From: Minisyncoccota bacterium
Lineage (GTDB): Bacteria > Patescibacteriota > Minisyncoccia > Phycocordibacterales > UBA9973
NCBI GenBank assembly: GCA_031413715.1
Contig: JANOFO010000009.1
Location: 94,866-158,865, forward strand
Direction: 5' to 3'
DNA: 64,000 nucleotides
Made by a program: the position numbers and the translations under genes
Shown: positions 47,537-58,102 of the stretch, piece by piece
How positions within the stretch are numbered: position 1 is the stretch's first letter
Layout of the letters: every line of letters begins with the position of its first letter
The notes under the pieces: model-generated
The model's database searches: none
Seen by the model: the letters and a program-made list of their open reading frames with translations, nothing else
What the model was told of the DNA's origin: nothing

Positions 47537-48721
47537 ATGAATAAATTTTTACAAAAGATAAAACTAAGAAGAAGATGGACTGCTTTTATGGCGGCTAATC
47601 ATTTTTACGGCAATCCGTCTAAAAAAATAAAAATTATCGGAGTCACTGGCACCAATGGCAAAACTACTACTGCGACACTTCTCCATCAGCTTTTCCGAAA
47701 TCTCGGATACAAAGCAGGTCTTATCGGCACAGTGGTCAATAAAATCAACGATGAATCTATTGAAACAAAGAATACAACACCAGGACCAATAGTACTCCAT
47801 GATCTACTGAATGAAATGATAAAAGCAGGGTGCGAGTATTGCTTCATGGAAGTTTCTTCTCATGCCATGGATCAAGCGAGAGTTGCAGGCATTACATTTG
47901 CTGGAGGAATCTTTACAAATCTGACACACGACCATCTAGACTATCATAAAAATTTCGAGAATTATTTTCGAGCAAAGAAGAAATTCTTCCAGATGTTACC
48001 AAGCAATGCTTTCGTGCTCTCAAATATTGACGATCCGTATGGTCACAAAATAATAGAAGGAATAAAAGCAAAGAAGTATTCGTATTCACTTAAAAGTGTG
48101 GCCGATTTCACTGAGCGGTTGGAAACCAAACTTATAGGAGAGTTTAATTCATACAATGTGCTTGCTATTTATGCTACTGCAGTACTACTCGACCAAGATA
48201 AAGAGAAAATCAAAGAGGAAATCAAAAAGCTCGACCCAGCACCAGGGCGATTTGTTTCACTCACTGGCCGGACTGGTGTGGTGGGAATCGTGGACTATGC
48301 ACATACACCCGATGCGCTTGAGAATGTTTTGAAAACGGTAAATGGAATGAAAAAAAGTGGCAAAATTATATCTCTATTTGGTTGCGGAGGAGATCGCGAT
48401 AGAACCAAGCGTCCTATCATGGCAAAAATCGGCTATGATATGAGCGATATAATAATCCTTACTTCTGATAACCCAAGGACTGAGAAGCCAGAAGATATTT
48501 TGAATGATATGAAAAAAGGCCTGCCCCGTGAAGCTTTTAGCGAAGTGGGGAAAATACATATCATTCTTGACCGACATCTCGCAATTGAAAAAGCATGTGC
48601 CCTTGCCAAAGCAGGTGACTATATACTAATTGCCGGCAAGGGGCATGAGAACTACCAAGAAATGAATGGAATCAAAAATCATTTTGATGATATGGAGGAA
48701 TTAAATAAATATTTAAAATAA
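47537..48721 (+). CDS. murE: UDP-N-acetylmuramoyl-tripeptide synthetase MurE (short form lacking the N-terminal domain).
   Basis: The P-loop is IGVTGTNGKTTT, and the Mur-ligase C-terminal motif DYAHTPDALENVL is present. Confidence 0.8.
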   Translation: MNKFLQKIKLRRRWTAFMAANHFYGNPSKKIKIIGVTGTNGKTTTATLLHQLFRNLGYKAGLIGTVVNKINDESIETKNTTPGPIVLHDLLNEMIKAGCEYCFMEVSSHAMDQARVAGITFAGGIFTNLTHDHLDYHKNFENYFRAKKKFFQMLPSNAFVLSNIDDPYGHKIIEGIKAKKYSYSLKSVADFTERLETKLIGEFNSYNVLAIYATAVLLDQDKEKIKEEIKKLDPAPGRFVSLTGRTGVVGIVDYAHTPDALENVLKTVNGMKKSGKIISLFGCGGDRDRTKRPIMAKIGYDMSDIIILTSDNPRTEKPEDILNDMKKGLPREAFSEVGKIHIILDRHLAIEKACALAKAGDYILIAGKGHENYQEMNGIKNHFDDMEELNKYLK

Positions 48722-50056
48722 ATGACTGATCACAAAAAACATTTTAAAAATAAGAGAATCACTGTCATCGGCCTCGGGTTGCTTGGAGGTGCGTTAAATG
48801 ATGTTATATATCTGGCAAAACAAGGTGCAGATATTGTTGTAACTGATCTCAAAACTACCAGAGAATTAAAATCATCTCTCGATAAACTCGAAAAATATAA
48901 AAATATTACATTTGTACTGGGAGGCCATAATCTAAAAGATTTTAAAAATCGAGATATGATCCTACAGCCTGGCAATGTGCCGATTGATTCAATATATCTA
49001 AAAGAAGCAAAGAAGAACAATATTCCTATCTTTGTAAGTGAATCTCTTTTTGCTAAATACGCACCCGAAGTAACTATTGTCGGAGTGACAGGGACTCGTG
49101 GTAAATCTATGACGATAGCACTTATCTATGAAATTCTCTTGCAAAACATAAAAGGTAAAAAAGTTTATCTAGGAGGAAATGTCAGAAGTGTCTCAACTTT
49201 GGCTCTTCTTAGTAAAGTTAAACCTGGCGATATTGTAGTGATGGAGCTTGATTCATGGGCACTTCATGGGATGGGAGATATAAGAGTGAGCCCGCATATA
49301 GCAGTGTTTACTACATTTATGCCAGACCACATGAATTACTATAAGAACAGTATGGAAAAGTACTTTGCCGACAAGGCGAATATCTTCAAGTATCAGAAGA
49401 AGAATGATGTGCTTGTGATTCGACCACCAATGAAGAAGCTCATTCCGAAAAATATAAAGAGCACACTAGTCATTGCTGACAAAAAGAATGTTGCGAGCTG
49501 GCCGTTCATTGTCCCTGGCGATCATCAGCGCGAAAATCTTGCTTGTGCGGTAGAAGTAGGGAAACAATTCAATATTCCTATTTCTAGAATAAAGACAGTC
49601 GTAAAAAATTTTAAAGGCATAGAAGGAAGACTTGAGCATGTAAAAACAGTAAGCAATGTGAAGATATATAATGATAACAATGCGACTACAATCCATGCAA
49701 CCATGGCAGGGCTCGAAGCTCTTGGTAGTAAAAAGAAGAATATTATTTTGATAGCTGGAGGTACAGATAAGATTGAGAGTATGGATCTTAAGCCATTTGT
49801 AAATGTTATCGATAAATACTGTAAAGATGTTGTTTTCTTAGATGGATCAGGCACGCAAAGGCTAGTCAGGGACTACAAACTAAAGACTCCATATCGCGTA
49901 GTATATAGCTTGAAGGAAGCAGCGGAGCTTGCTTCGGGACTCTCAAAGAGGGGAGACATCGTACTATTTTCTCCAGCATTTGCTTCATTCGGGATGTTTA
50001 CTAATGAATATCATAGAAATGATGAGTTTATGAAGATAGTAAAAAAACTAAAATAA
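48722..50056 (+). CDS. murD: UDP-N-acetylmuramoylalanine--D-glutamate ligase MurD.
   Basis: The N-terminal Rossmann motif is ITVIGLGLLGGA and the central P-loop is VGVTGTRGKSMT. Confidence 0.8.
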   Translation: MTDHKKHFKNKRITVIGLGLLGGALNDVIYLAKQGADIVVTDLKTTRELKSSLDKLEKYKNITFVLGGHNLKDFKNRDMILQPGNVPIDSIYLKEAKKNNIPIFVSESLFAKYAPEVTIVGVTGTRGKSMTIALIYEILLQNIKGKKVYLGGNVRSVSTLALLSKVKPGDIVVMELDSWALHGMGDIRVSPHIAVFTTFMPDHMNYYKNSMEKYFADKANIFKYQKKNDVLVIRPPMKKLIPKNIKSTLVIADKKNVASWPFIVPGDHQRENLACAVEVGKQFNIPISRIKTVVKNFKGIEGRLEHVKTVSNVKIYNDNNATTIHATMAGLEALGSKKKNIILIAGGTDKIESMDLKPFVNVIDKYCKDVVFLDGSGTQRLVRDYKLKTPYRVVYSLKEAAELASGLSKRGDIVLFSPAFASFGMFTNEYHRNDEFMKIVKKLK

Positions 50057-50752
50057 ATGGAAAAAGAACAGATCACAGTTGAATTTAGAGGACACAATCT
50101 TATCGGAGATATCATTCCAAAGAGCTCGCAGCCCGATATGCTTTTTCTCCATGGGGCTGGGATGTCAAATAGAAATATTTTTGATACATTTCGAGAGTTA
50201 TTAGCTGAGAGAGGAATTGCTTCGTGCGCTTTTGATTTTATTGGCTATGGTGAGACTATTGGTTTAGTCGAAGAATCAAACTTAGAGGATCGGACCAATC
50301 AAGCACAAAAAATAATAGAGGTTTCAAATATTAAAAAACCTCTTATTATAGTAGCTGGTAGTATGGCAGGGTACAGTGCTATCAAATTGACGGAGATCTT
50401 TCCTGTTCAAACACTCATACTTTCTGCTCCAGCAGTCTATGATAAAGATGCTTACAAAGTAAATTTTGGTAATGCTTTTTCTGAAATTATAAGAAAGCCA
50501 GAAAGCTGGCGCAATACTGATGCCTGGGATATATTGAAAGAATACAAAGGGAATTTATTGATACTTTCAGCTGGGAAGGATACGATTATACCTCCGGAAA
50601 TCATAGATATGATATATCAGAGTAGTGTGAACGCTTCCTCTCGGGAGATTATGCATATTATCAATGCTCCCCATAAGCTCGCGAGTTATTTGCAAGAAAA
50701 TCCAGACAAACTTGAATTAGTTGTTGATAAAGTAGTTAGTTTATTGAAATGA
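50057..50752 (+). CDS. Alpha/beta-hydrolase-fold protein.
   Basis: The oxyanion region is LFLHGAGMS and the nucleophile-elbow-like region is VAGSMAGYSA. The protein is 231 aa. Confidence 0.5.
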   Translation: MEKEQITVEFRGHNLIGDIIPKSSQPDMLFLHGAGMSNRNIFDTFRELLAERGIASCAFDFIGYGETIGLVEESNLEDRTNQAQKIIEVSNIKKPLIIVAGSMAGYSAIKLTEIFPVQTLILSAPAVYDKDAYKVNFGNAFSEIIRKPESWRNTDAWDILKEYKGNLLILSAGKDTIIPPEIIDMIYQSSVNASSREIMHIINAPHKLASYLQENPDKLELVVDKVVSLLK

Positions 50753-50755
50753 AAT

Positions 50756-52099
50756 ATGAATCTAGACTTATCAAAAATCAAACATGTTCATTTTATCGGG
50801 ATCGGCGGGATCGGGATTTCGGCGATTGCACGAATGATGCTTGAGGCCAGCCCGAATGCCGAAGGTGGGCAGGGGAAGTCGGTGAGCGGGCAGGATATGC
50901 AGGACTCGGAAATCATAGAAGAGCTTAGGAAAGCTGGCGCGCAAATTTCTATCGGTCAATCAATTGAAGCTATCCCGCCTGATACGGACTTGATAATCTA
51001 CACTATCGCTATCATCACTCATGCGCCGGAGCTGTATGCAAAGATTGCTGAGCAAGACATACCATTTTATTCGTATCCAGAAATGCTCTCAGTTGTAACA
51101 GAAGATAAATACACTATTGCTATAGCAGGCACACATGGCAAGACGACGACGACAGGCATGATAACCCAGATTCTTCGTGATGCAAAAAAAGATCCGACAG
51201 TTATCATTGGCAGTTTACTGGTAGGAGAGAAGACGAATTTTATTGCGGGGAAGAGTAATATCTTTGTAGTAGAAGCGTGTGAATACCGAAGATCATTTCT
51301 AAATATTAGTCCTAAGATTCTTGTCATTACGAATATCGATGAAGACCATCTTGATTACTATAAAGATATCGAAGATATAAAAAGTGCCTTTCGAGAGCTT
51401 GCGATTAAGGTACCTAGTGATGGTTTTGTAGTTTGCAGCAGGGAAGATGACAATATTTCCGACGTTATAGAAGGTATCAAAGCAAAAATTATAAATTATA
51501 ATGAATTTTTTAATCCTGATATAAAACTAAAAGTTCCAGGACTTCACAATAAGAAAAATGCCGCAGCCGCGTTCGCTGTTGCTTCGATTCTTTCTGTTTC
51601 ATACACAGAGGCAAATACTTCATTATCGGAGTTTCCTGGAACATGGCGTAGGTTTGAATGGAAAAGCAAACTCAAAAATGACGCACTTTTATACGATGAC
51701 TACGCGCATCATCCAAAAGAGATAGTAGCGACTCTACAAGGATTCCGAGAGTTATATCCGCGAGAGGATGACTGGCAGATAACAATTGTGTTTCAACCAC
51801 ATCTATTTAGTCGGACAAAATTATTACTCGATGATTTTGCAAAAAGCTTTGCTGACGCTGACAGCGTGATCGTCCTGCCTATTTACTCAGCGCGTGAAGA
51901 AGATGATGGTACTATCTCCTCGGCTATATTAGCAGAGAAAATAAGTAAGAATAATACACAAGCGCAGGCCTTTAATGACTTTGAAAGTGCAGAAGATTAT
52001 TTGAAAGTAAAATTATCTGGCATGACTGGTAAAGATATAATTGTAACCATGGGTGCTGGCGAGGCTTTCAAAGTAGGGGATAATTTATTAAAAGAATAA
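50756..52099 (+). CDS. murC: UDP-N-acetylmuramate--L-alanine ligase MurC.
   Basis: The N-terminus has HVHFIGIGGIGISAIARMMLE and the P-loop is IAGTHGKTTTT. A GC-rich 11-aa insertion (ASPNAEGGQGK) lies in the N-terminal domain. Confidence 0.85.
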   Translation: MNLDLSKIKHVHFIGIGGIGISAIARMMLEASPNAEGGQGKSVSGQDMQDSEIIEELRKAGAQISIGQSIEAIPPDTDLIIYTIAIITHAPELYAKIAEQDIPFYSYPEMLSVVTEDKYTIAIAGTHGKTTTTGMITQILRDAKKDPTVIIGSLLVGEKTNFIAGKSNIFVVEACEYRRSFLNISPKILVITNIDEDHLDYYKDIEDIKSAFRELAIKVPSDGFVVCSREDDNISDVIEGIKAKIINYNEFFNPDIKLKVPGLHNKKNAAAAFAVASILSVSYTEANTSLSEFPGTWRRFEWKSKLKNDALLYDDYAHHPKEIVATLQGFRELYPREDDWQITIVFQPHLFSRTKLLLDDFAKSFADADSVIVLPIYSAREEDDGTISSAILAEKISKNNTQAQAFNDFESAEDYLKVKLSGMTGKDIIVTMGAGEAFKVGDNLLKE

Positions 52100-52122
52100 T
52101 CGATATGTGATAGAATGTTTAT

Positions 52123-52851
52123 ATGGAAAATAATAATAAATCTAATTGGGGGAATGCTGGGCTTTTAGTGGGAATAGCGCTTATTCTTAGTACTCTTATT
52201 GGGGCATATACTTTCTATCAAATAAGATCTTTTGATAATACTTTGACCGTTACAGGCTCGGCTAGCAAGGCTGTTACTGCTGATCATGTAAAATGGGTAG
52301 GCTCTATAAACCGCGTAGTTAAAGTGACGGGATTAAAAGCTGGATATGCAGAGCTTGCAAGTGATCTTGTAAGCGTAAAGACTTTCTTAAAAAATAACCA
52401 GATCACAGATAACCAGATAGTTATATCTCCAGTATTTATGGATCAGAATTATGATCAGCCTCAAGGAGCAGAACGAAGTTATACGCTCAGGCAAACTATA
52501 GAAATCAATTCTGACAATGTGAATGCTATTGCAGAAGTTGCAAAGAATATCAATCCACTTATAGAAAAGGGAGTAATATTCTCGACTCAATCAGTTGAAT
52601 ACACTTACTCCAAGCTTCCAGAAGAGCGAGTAGCCCTTCTTACCGATGCCATTATTGATGCGAAAGCTCGAGCATCAAAGCTTGCACAATCAAGTGGCAA
52701 GAAAGTTGGCCAACTCAAGAGCGCCTCATCAGGTGTAGTTCAGGTTCTATCTGCAAATTCTCTTGATGTTTCTGATTACGGCTCATACGATACATCTAAA
52801 GTTGAAAAGAATATAATGCTGACAGTCAAAGCTTCGTTTACTCTCAAATAA
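52123..52851 (+). CDS. SIMPL/DUF541-like secreted protein.
   Basis: An N-terminal TM/signal anchor is followed by composition typical of SIMPL-domain proteins. The protein is 242 aa. Confidence 0.45.
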   Translation: MENNNKSNWGNAGLLVGIALILSTLIGAYTFYQIRSFDNTLTVTGSASKAVTADHVKWVGSINRVVKVTGLKAGYAELASDLVSVKTFLKNNQITDNQIVISPVFMDQNYDQPQGAERSYTLRQTIEINSDNVNAIAEVAKNINPLIEKGVIFSTQSVEYTYSKLPEERVALLTDAIIDAKARASKLAQSSGKKVGQLKSASSGVVQVLSANSLDVSDYGSYDTSKVEKNIMLTVKASFTLK

Positions 52852-52854
52852 TAT

Positions 52855-53244
52855 ATGATCAAGTATTTTCTATTCTCACTAATTCTAACTGGTGCTGTTT
52901 TTGCGCCTAGAGTCTTTGGAGCTACTGATACTATACTCTCTAGCGTAGATAAATCGGCGTCCAATATTTTTGCAGTCATTGAGAAGTTCCGAATAGACAC
53001 TCATGAACAAATTACAACCGCGAGGCAAGACACAAAAAAATATCTTGATACATTAGAAAAATCCTCAAATTCTGCAGACGGCAAACCTCTCGATGCAACT
53101 GAAAAGCCTATAACCTATATTAAATTTTTCCTGCTTGCTTTGGCTCTCTTTATCTTTAGTACCCAGATAGTTTTTTACGCAGCCCTACTGCTTCTCTTGT
53201 TTCTAATCCTCCGCTTCATCTATCGTAAAATACGCAATAGATAA
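52855..53244 (+). CDS. Hypothetical secreted/membrane protein.
   Basis: 129-aa ORF with a signal peptide and a C-terminal TM helix. Confidence 0.4.
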   Translation: MIKYFLFSLILTGAVFAPRVFGATDTILSSVDKSASNIFAVIEKFRIDTHEQITTARQDTKKYLDTLEKSSNSADGKPLDATEKPITYIKFFLLALALFIFSTQIVFYAALLLLLFLILRFIYRKIRNR

Positions 53245-53286
53245 AATAGTTTGTCAAACAGACAGCTCTTTTAGTATAATACTCTC

Positions 53287-53556
53287 ATGAAGAGAGTTAT
53301 TTTTGATATTATCCTGATCCTTTCTGTATTTATTATGCCTTGGTGGGTAAGCGCTCTCTTGGCATTGGGAGGGATATTTGTATTCAAACAGTTCTATGAA
53401 TTCATAATCGCAGGAATTATAATGTATTCTCTCTATGCAATACCAGAGGGAAATCGGATGTCATCGCCATTTTGGTTTTCGCTATCGATAAGCTTAATAT
53501 ATATAATAGTTCAATTTTCAAAACGTCACATAATATTATATAAAAATGAAATTTAA
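53287..53556 (+). CDS. Hypothetical small membrane protein.
   Basis: 89-aa ORF with 2-3 TM helices, immediately upstream of the PBP2 gene. Confidence 0.4.
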   Translation: MKRVIFDIILILSVFIMPWWVSALLALGGIFVFKQFYEFIIAGIIMYSLYAIPEGNRMSSPFWFSLSISLIYIIVQFSKRHIILYKNEI

Positions 53557-55243
53557 CTTACGTAAAAAATATAGAATAGATATTGCTCCGGATGAGATAT
53601 TCCTCGATTCAAAGAATTTGCCGAATTTTAATACTCAGCAATTCGAAGGTCGTTTAGAAAGACCGATTCCGAAGCGCTCCATCTTTTTCTTGGGACTATT
53701 TTTTATTTTCACTGCATGTGTATTTACCTGGCAGCTTGGAAGTCTTCAAATTGTCAAAGGTGAAGCATATTATCAGAAAAGCGAAAACAATACGCTCAAC
53801 AAGCAGCCAATATTCGCTGACCGTGGCCTTGTCTATGATCGCAATGATACGTTGCTTGTCTGGAATACGTGGGATAAAAGCGATACCAATAGATTCTCAT
53901 CACCAGAGAGATCATATACGACTCTGCCAGGATTCGGCCTTCTTTTAGGATATGTAAGTCCTCCGACAAAAGATTCATCGGGTAACTATTGGCAAGATAC
54001 GTTTATTGGCAAGGACGGAGTAGAGAAAACTTACAATGATGTGCTTACTGGAGAAAACGGAGTTCGTATTACCGAAACTGATGTTAAGGGCGCAATCCAA
54101 TCCGAGAATACTGTATCTCTACCGAAGGCTGGAGATAATCTCAAGCTTTCTGTCGATGCACGCATCCAGAAAAAAATGTACGAGTCCATATCAAACATGG
54201 CTAAATCTGTATCATTTACTGGTGGGGCTGGAGTGATCATGGATATCAAGACAGGAGAACTCCTTGCTTTGGCAAATTACCCAGAATACAATCCGAACAT
54301 ACTATCGAAAGGAGATGATAAAGAAACCATCAATGGCTATCTCTCCGACAAGCGTAAGGTATTTCTCAATAGGGCCGTTTCCGGCCTCTATACGCCTGGC
54401 TCGATTGTGAAGCCGTTCATCGCGTATGCGGCATTAGTAGAAAATGTAATTTCTCCACTTAAACAAATTCTTGCAAACGGCTCAATCTCTATTCCAAATC
54501 CGTATTTCCCAGATAAGAAATCCATTTTCAAAGATCACGGTTCATTTGGCTATGTAGATATGCGGAAAGCGATCGCTGTCTCATCCGATGTCTATTTTTA
54601 TGAAATCAGTGGAGGTTTCCAGGATCAGAAAGGGCTTGGGATAGTAAATATTGATAAATATTCGAAGCTTTTTGGTATCGCACAAAAGACTGGGATCGAC
54701 CTAGGGGGCGAGAAAGTAGGAACAATTCCGACTCCAGAATGGAAAGCAAAAACATTCAACGGTGATATTTGGCGCGTGGGTGATACTTATAACACGTCTA
54801 TCGGCCAATACGGCTTTCAAACTACACCACTTCAGATGGCTCGTGCTATTGCCGGTATTGCAAATAACGGTTCGCTTCCGACTCCGCATGTGAAACTCGC
54901 TGACAAAGTATTTGCTACTAAAGTGACAACTATTCCTGGTATTAATACAGAGAACATGAATGTTGTCCGTGGTGGTATGCGAGCTGCGGTAACAGAAGGA
55001 ACAGCAACTGCACTTAATTTGCCGCAAGTTGCAGTGGCTGCCAAATCCGGTACTGCGCAAGTGGGAGTCGGGAATACGAATACAAACTCTTGGATTATCG
55101 GTTTCTTTCCTTATGAGAATCCTAAGTACTCATTCGCAGTTCTTATGGAGCGCGGACCGAAAGCTGCCTCTGGTAACGCTACGCAGGTCATGAGTGAAGT
55201 AGTGGACTACATGAGCGTCTATACACCAGAATATCTAAAATAG
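53546..55243 (+). CDS. mrdA: Penicillin-binding protein 2-like D,D-transpeptidase.
   Basis: The SxxK motif is GSIVKP, the SxN motif is SSD and the KTG-like motif is KSGTA. An N-terminal TM anchor and a dimerisation domain are present. Confidence 0.8.
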   Translation: MKFNLRKKYRIDIAPDEIFLDSKNLPNFNTQQFEGRLERPIPKRSIFFLGLFFIFTACVFTWQLGSLQIVKGEAYYQKSENNTLNKQPIFADRGLVYDRNDTLLVWNTWDKSDTNRFSSPERSYTTLPGFGLLLGYVSPPTKDSSGNYWQDTFIGKDGVEKTYNDVLTGENGVRITETDVKGAIQSENTVSLPKAGDNLKLSVDARIQKKMYESISNMAKSVSFTGGAGVIMDIKTGELLALANYPEYNPNILSKGDDKETINGYLSDKRKVFLNRAVSGLYTPGSIVKPFIAYAALVENVISPLKQILANGSISIPNPYFPDKKSIFKDHGSFGYVDMRKAIAVSSDVYFYEISGGFQDQKGLGIVNIDKYSKLFGIAQKTGIDLGGEKVGTIPTPEWKAKTFNGDIWRVGDTYNTSIGQYGFQTTPLQMARAIAGIANNGSLPTPHVKLADKVFATKVTTIPGINTENMNVVRGGMRAAVTEGTATALNLPQVAVAAKSGTAQVGVGNTNTNSWIIGFFPYENPKYSFAVLMERGPKAASGNATQVMSEVVDYMSVYTPEYLK

Positions 55244-55299
55244 TTCTCCTTGATTTTAATTTTTTATGTGTTATGGTTCATATATAAAGCTCTTTATAT

Positions 55300-55875
55300 A
55301 TGAAGATAATCGATCATTACATTTTGAAGAAATTTCAAAAAGTATCGGATTGGTTCCAGTTAACTTTCGGAATAAACAATTTTACCATTGTACGGATTTT
55401 TGTTGTTTTGTTTGCTGCAAGCGGAGTCATTGCTACTGTAATAAAATATGAAGTTAGTTCTCTAAAGGGCATAGATCCTAGCTTTATTTTATTTTTGGTA
55501 GCATATTCATCTGTATTTTTTATTGCATCAGTAATTTTTGAGAAAGTATGTTTAAAAAACCCACAATTTGCTAATCCGCTTAAAGGAATTATGGAGGATT
55601 TAAGATTGTTGAGTTTGGGAATAACATTGTTTGGCCTTGTTGTTACAATAGTATTTTCTATCTTAGTGCCTACAAATGAGGCAAAAACTACGAATGAAAA
55701 CACTACTAACTTTCCAAGTGCTTACAATTTTTATTTCTGGCTCATTATTATTTCTTGGTTTGTAATAATATACTTGATCTCATGCACGCCTAAGCCTCCG
55801 TCCAAAAGTAAATTTAAAAAGTTGTTAGAGGGTCTTCAAGATCTTTCTACGAAAAAGGAATTAGTAAAAATTTAG
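55300..55875 (+). CDS. Hypothetical membrane protein (4 TM).
   Basis: 191-aa ORF. Confidence 0.45.
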   Translation: MKIIDHYILKKFQKVSDWFQLTFGINNFTIVRIFVVLFAASGVIATVIKYEVSSLKGIDPSFILFLVAYSSVFFIASVIFEKVCLKNPQFANPLKGIMEDLRLLSLGITLFGLVVTIVFSILVPTNEAKTTNENTTNFPSAYNFYFWLIIISWFVIIYLISCTPKPPSKSKFKKLLEGLQDLSTKKELVKI

Positions 55876-55957
55876 CTGGAATCTCACGCCCTGCAACAGC
55901 GGGGCGTTTGTTTTTCTCTAAATAGGCTTTGACAAATAGGTTAAAAATCTATATACT

Positions 55958-56431
55958 ATGCCGATTATGGATGAAATACATTATATTACAGAAGAGAAAA
56001 AGCAGTCTTTAATCGAGGAATTGAATAATTTAAAGAATATAAAGCGCAAGGAAATTCTTGAAGCCCTAGATGCTGCAAAAGCTCTTGGCGACCTTTCAGA
56101 GAACGCAGAATACCACCAAGCCCGCGAGGATCAGGGCAAAACCGAGGATCGCATTAATCAGATTGAATACATGCTTCAAGCTGCTGTCGTTGTAAAGAAA
56201 CATCACAGTACAAAAGTAGAAATAGGAACAACTGTAAACGTAAAGAAAGAAGACGGCAAGGAAGTCATCACATACAGCATTGTAGGATCTGAAGAAGCTG
56301 ATATGGCCGTCGGTAAAATTTCCAATAAATCACCACTCGGGGAAGCTCTATTTGGTAAATCAAAAGGAGACAGCGTATCAATAACTACTCCAAAGGGTCT
56401 AGTCAAATACACCATAGTTGAGATACAATAA
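55958..56431 (+). CDS. greA: Transcription elongation factor GreA.
   Basis: An N-terminal coiled coil with the acidic tip (SENAEYHQAREDQ) is followed by a C-terminal FKBP-like domain. The protein is 157 aa. Confidence 0.85.
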   Translation: MPIMDEIHYITEEKKQSLIEELNNLKNIKRKEILEALDAAKALGDLSENAEYHQAREDQGKTEDRINQIEYMLQAAVVVKKHHSTKVEIGTTVNVKKEDGKEVITYSIVGSEEADMAVGKISNKSPLGEALFGKSKGDSVSITTPKGLVKYTIVEIQ

Positions 56432-56436
56432 GGTCT

Positions 56437-57924
56437 ATGGCTTCAATTGAAGAACTCAGATCTGCTCGGATTGCAAAAATAGAAAAGTTGGAAGCATCTG
56501 GTATGAATCCATATCCGGCTTCTTTGTCGCGTACTCATTCAATCGAACAGGTGAAAGACTTGTTTGGTATACTTGCTTCTACTTCTGATATCGAACCTAT
56601 CTCTATAGTCGGTCGTGTCATGATTGTACGTGGCCAAGGCAAGATCTTATTCATCGTTATCCAAGACGGCAAGGATCGCTTGCAGGCAGTGCTCAAGAAA
56701 GACGTACTTTCCGATGAGGTTTTTTCTCTTTTTGTTGATACGGTAGATAATGGAGATTTCATTTCTGTTACTGGATCGCTCTTTGTCACTGACCGCGGAG
56801 AACAAAGCATATTGATCAAAGAATGGCAGATGGGAACCAAAGCACTTCTTCCACTTCCTGACAAATGGCATGGCCTTCAAGATATAGAGGAAACATATCG
56901 AAAAAGGTATTTGGACATAGTCATGGATCACGAGGTTTATGATAGGTTTAGAGTTCGCTCCAATGTCATTAAAGGCATCCGTGCTTTTCTCGACACTAAA
57001 AACTTTTTAGAAATAGAAACACCAATGCTTCAGAATCAGGCTGGGGGCGCGATGGCGAAAGTTTTTGAAACATACCACAACGATTATGATATGCCAATGG
57101 TGCTCCGTATTGCTGTAGAGCTTGACCACAAAATGATTATGGTAGGCGGCTATGAGCGTATTTATGAAATAGGTAAAATGTTCCGTAATGAAGGCTCTGA
57201 TCCGACTCATATACAAGAGTTTACGATGATAGAGTGGTATGCAGCGTACCAGACACTCGAGACCAATATGGCCTGGACAGAAGATATGCTCAAACACATT
57301 GCCCGCGATATAGTCGGTAAAATGACTTTTACAGTTTATGACAAAGAAGGTCAAAGCCAAGATGTCGATTTCGACGGTGTATGGCCGCATGTTTCTTTCG
57401 GACAATTGCTTTCCCAAGATGCTGGCATAGATATAGCTACGATAACTCTTGAGGATGCACGGACACATGCAATAAAGTGGGGGATGCTTGAAGAAGAAGC
57501 AAAAATTACCGGCCGCGGCAATCTTCTTGATTATATATACAAAAAGTCTTCTCGCTCAAAAATTATCGACCCTACATTCGTGACAAACTTCCCAGGTGAT
57601 TTGAAGCCTCTTGCCCAACAAAATCCTGATGGTACTGCACAAGTTGCTCAGCTTATCATTGCCGGAGCAGAAATTACGAATCAGTATGCGGAACTAGTAG
57701 ACCCGACTGTTCAGCGAGCACTTCTTTCTGCTCAATCGAAAGCAAAAGAAGGTGGAGATATTGAGGCGATGGAAATCGACGAGCGTTTTTTAACTGCAAT
57801 GGAACACGGAATGCCACCGATGACAGGATTTGGTATGGGAATTGATCGACTCGTAGCAATACTTACGAATCAAAAAAATTGCAGAGATGTAATCTTCTTC
57901 CCGATAATGAAGCCAAGAGAATAA
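56437..57924 (+). CDS. lysS: Lysyl-tRNA synthetase (class II).
   Basis: The N-terminus is an OB-fold. Class II motif 2 is FRNEGSDPTHIQEFTMIEWY and motif 3 is GFGMGIDRLVAILT. Confidence 0.9.
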   Translation: MASIEELRSARIAKIEKLEASGMNPYPASLSRTHSIEQVKDLFGILASTSDIEPISIVGRVMIVRGQGKILFIVIQDGKDRLQAVLKKDVLSDEVFSLFVDTVDNGDFISVTGSLFVTDRGEQSILIKEWQMGTKALLPLPDKWHGLQDIEETYRKRYLDIVMDHEVYDRFRVRSNVIKGIRAFLDTKNFLEIETPMLQNQAGGAMAKVFETYHNDYDMPMVLRIAVELDHKMIMVGGYERIYEIGKMFRNEGSDPTHIQEFTMIEWYAAYQTLETNMAWTEDMLKHIARDIVGKMTFTVYDKEGQSQDVDFDGVWPHVSFGQLLSQDAGIDIATITLEDARTHAIKWGMLEEEAKITGRGNLLDYIYKKSSRSKIIDPTFVTNFPGDLKPLAQQNPDGTAQVAQLIIAGAEITNQYAELVDPTVQRALLSAQSKAKEGGDIEAMEIDERFLTAMEHGMPPMTGFGMGIDRLVAILTNQKNCRDVIFFPIMKPRE

Positions 57925-57939
57925 TCTTGTAAATAAAAA

Positions 57940-57975
57940 ACCGCCAACATTGAAAAGATCGTATGGCGGTTTTGC
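57940..57975 (+). terminator. Rho-independent terminator after lysS.
   Basis: The sequence is AAAAAACCGCCA...TGGCGGTTTTG. Confidence 0.7.
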
Positions 57976-58102
57976 TCTTCCTAAAAGGGTCCCATAGGTA
58001 TCCTTTTTCTCACTTAATTCTAAAGAGCACTCATTGTTTAAAATTATATAATATTTTATTAAAAAGTCAAATATCTCTATTTTTTTGTTATCCACAGTTT
58101 GG

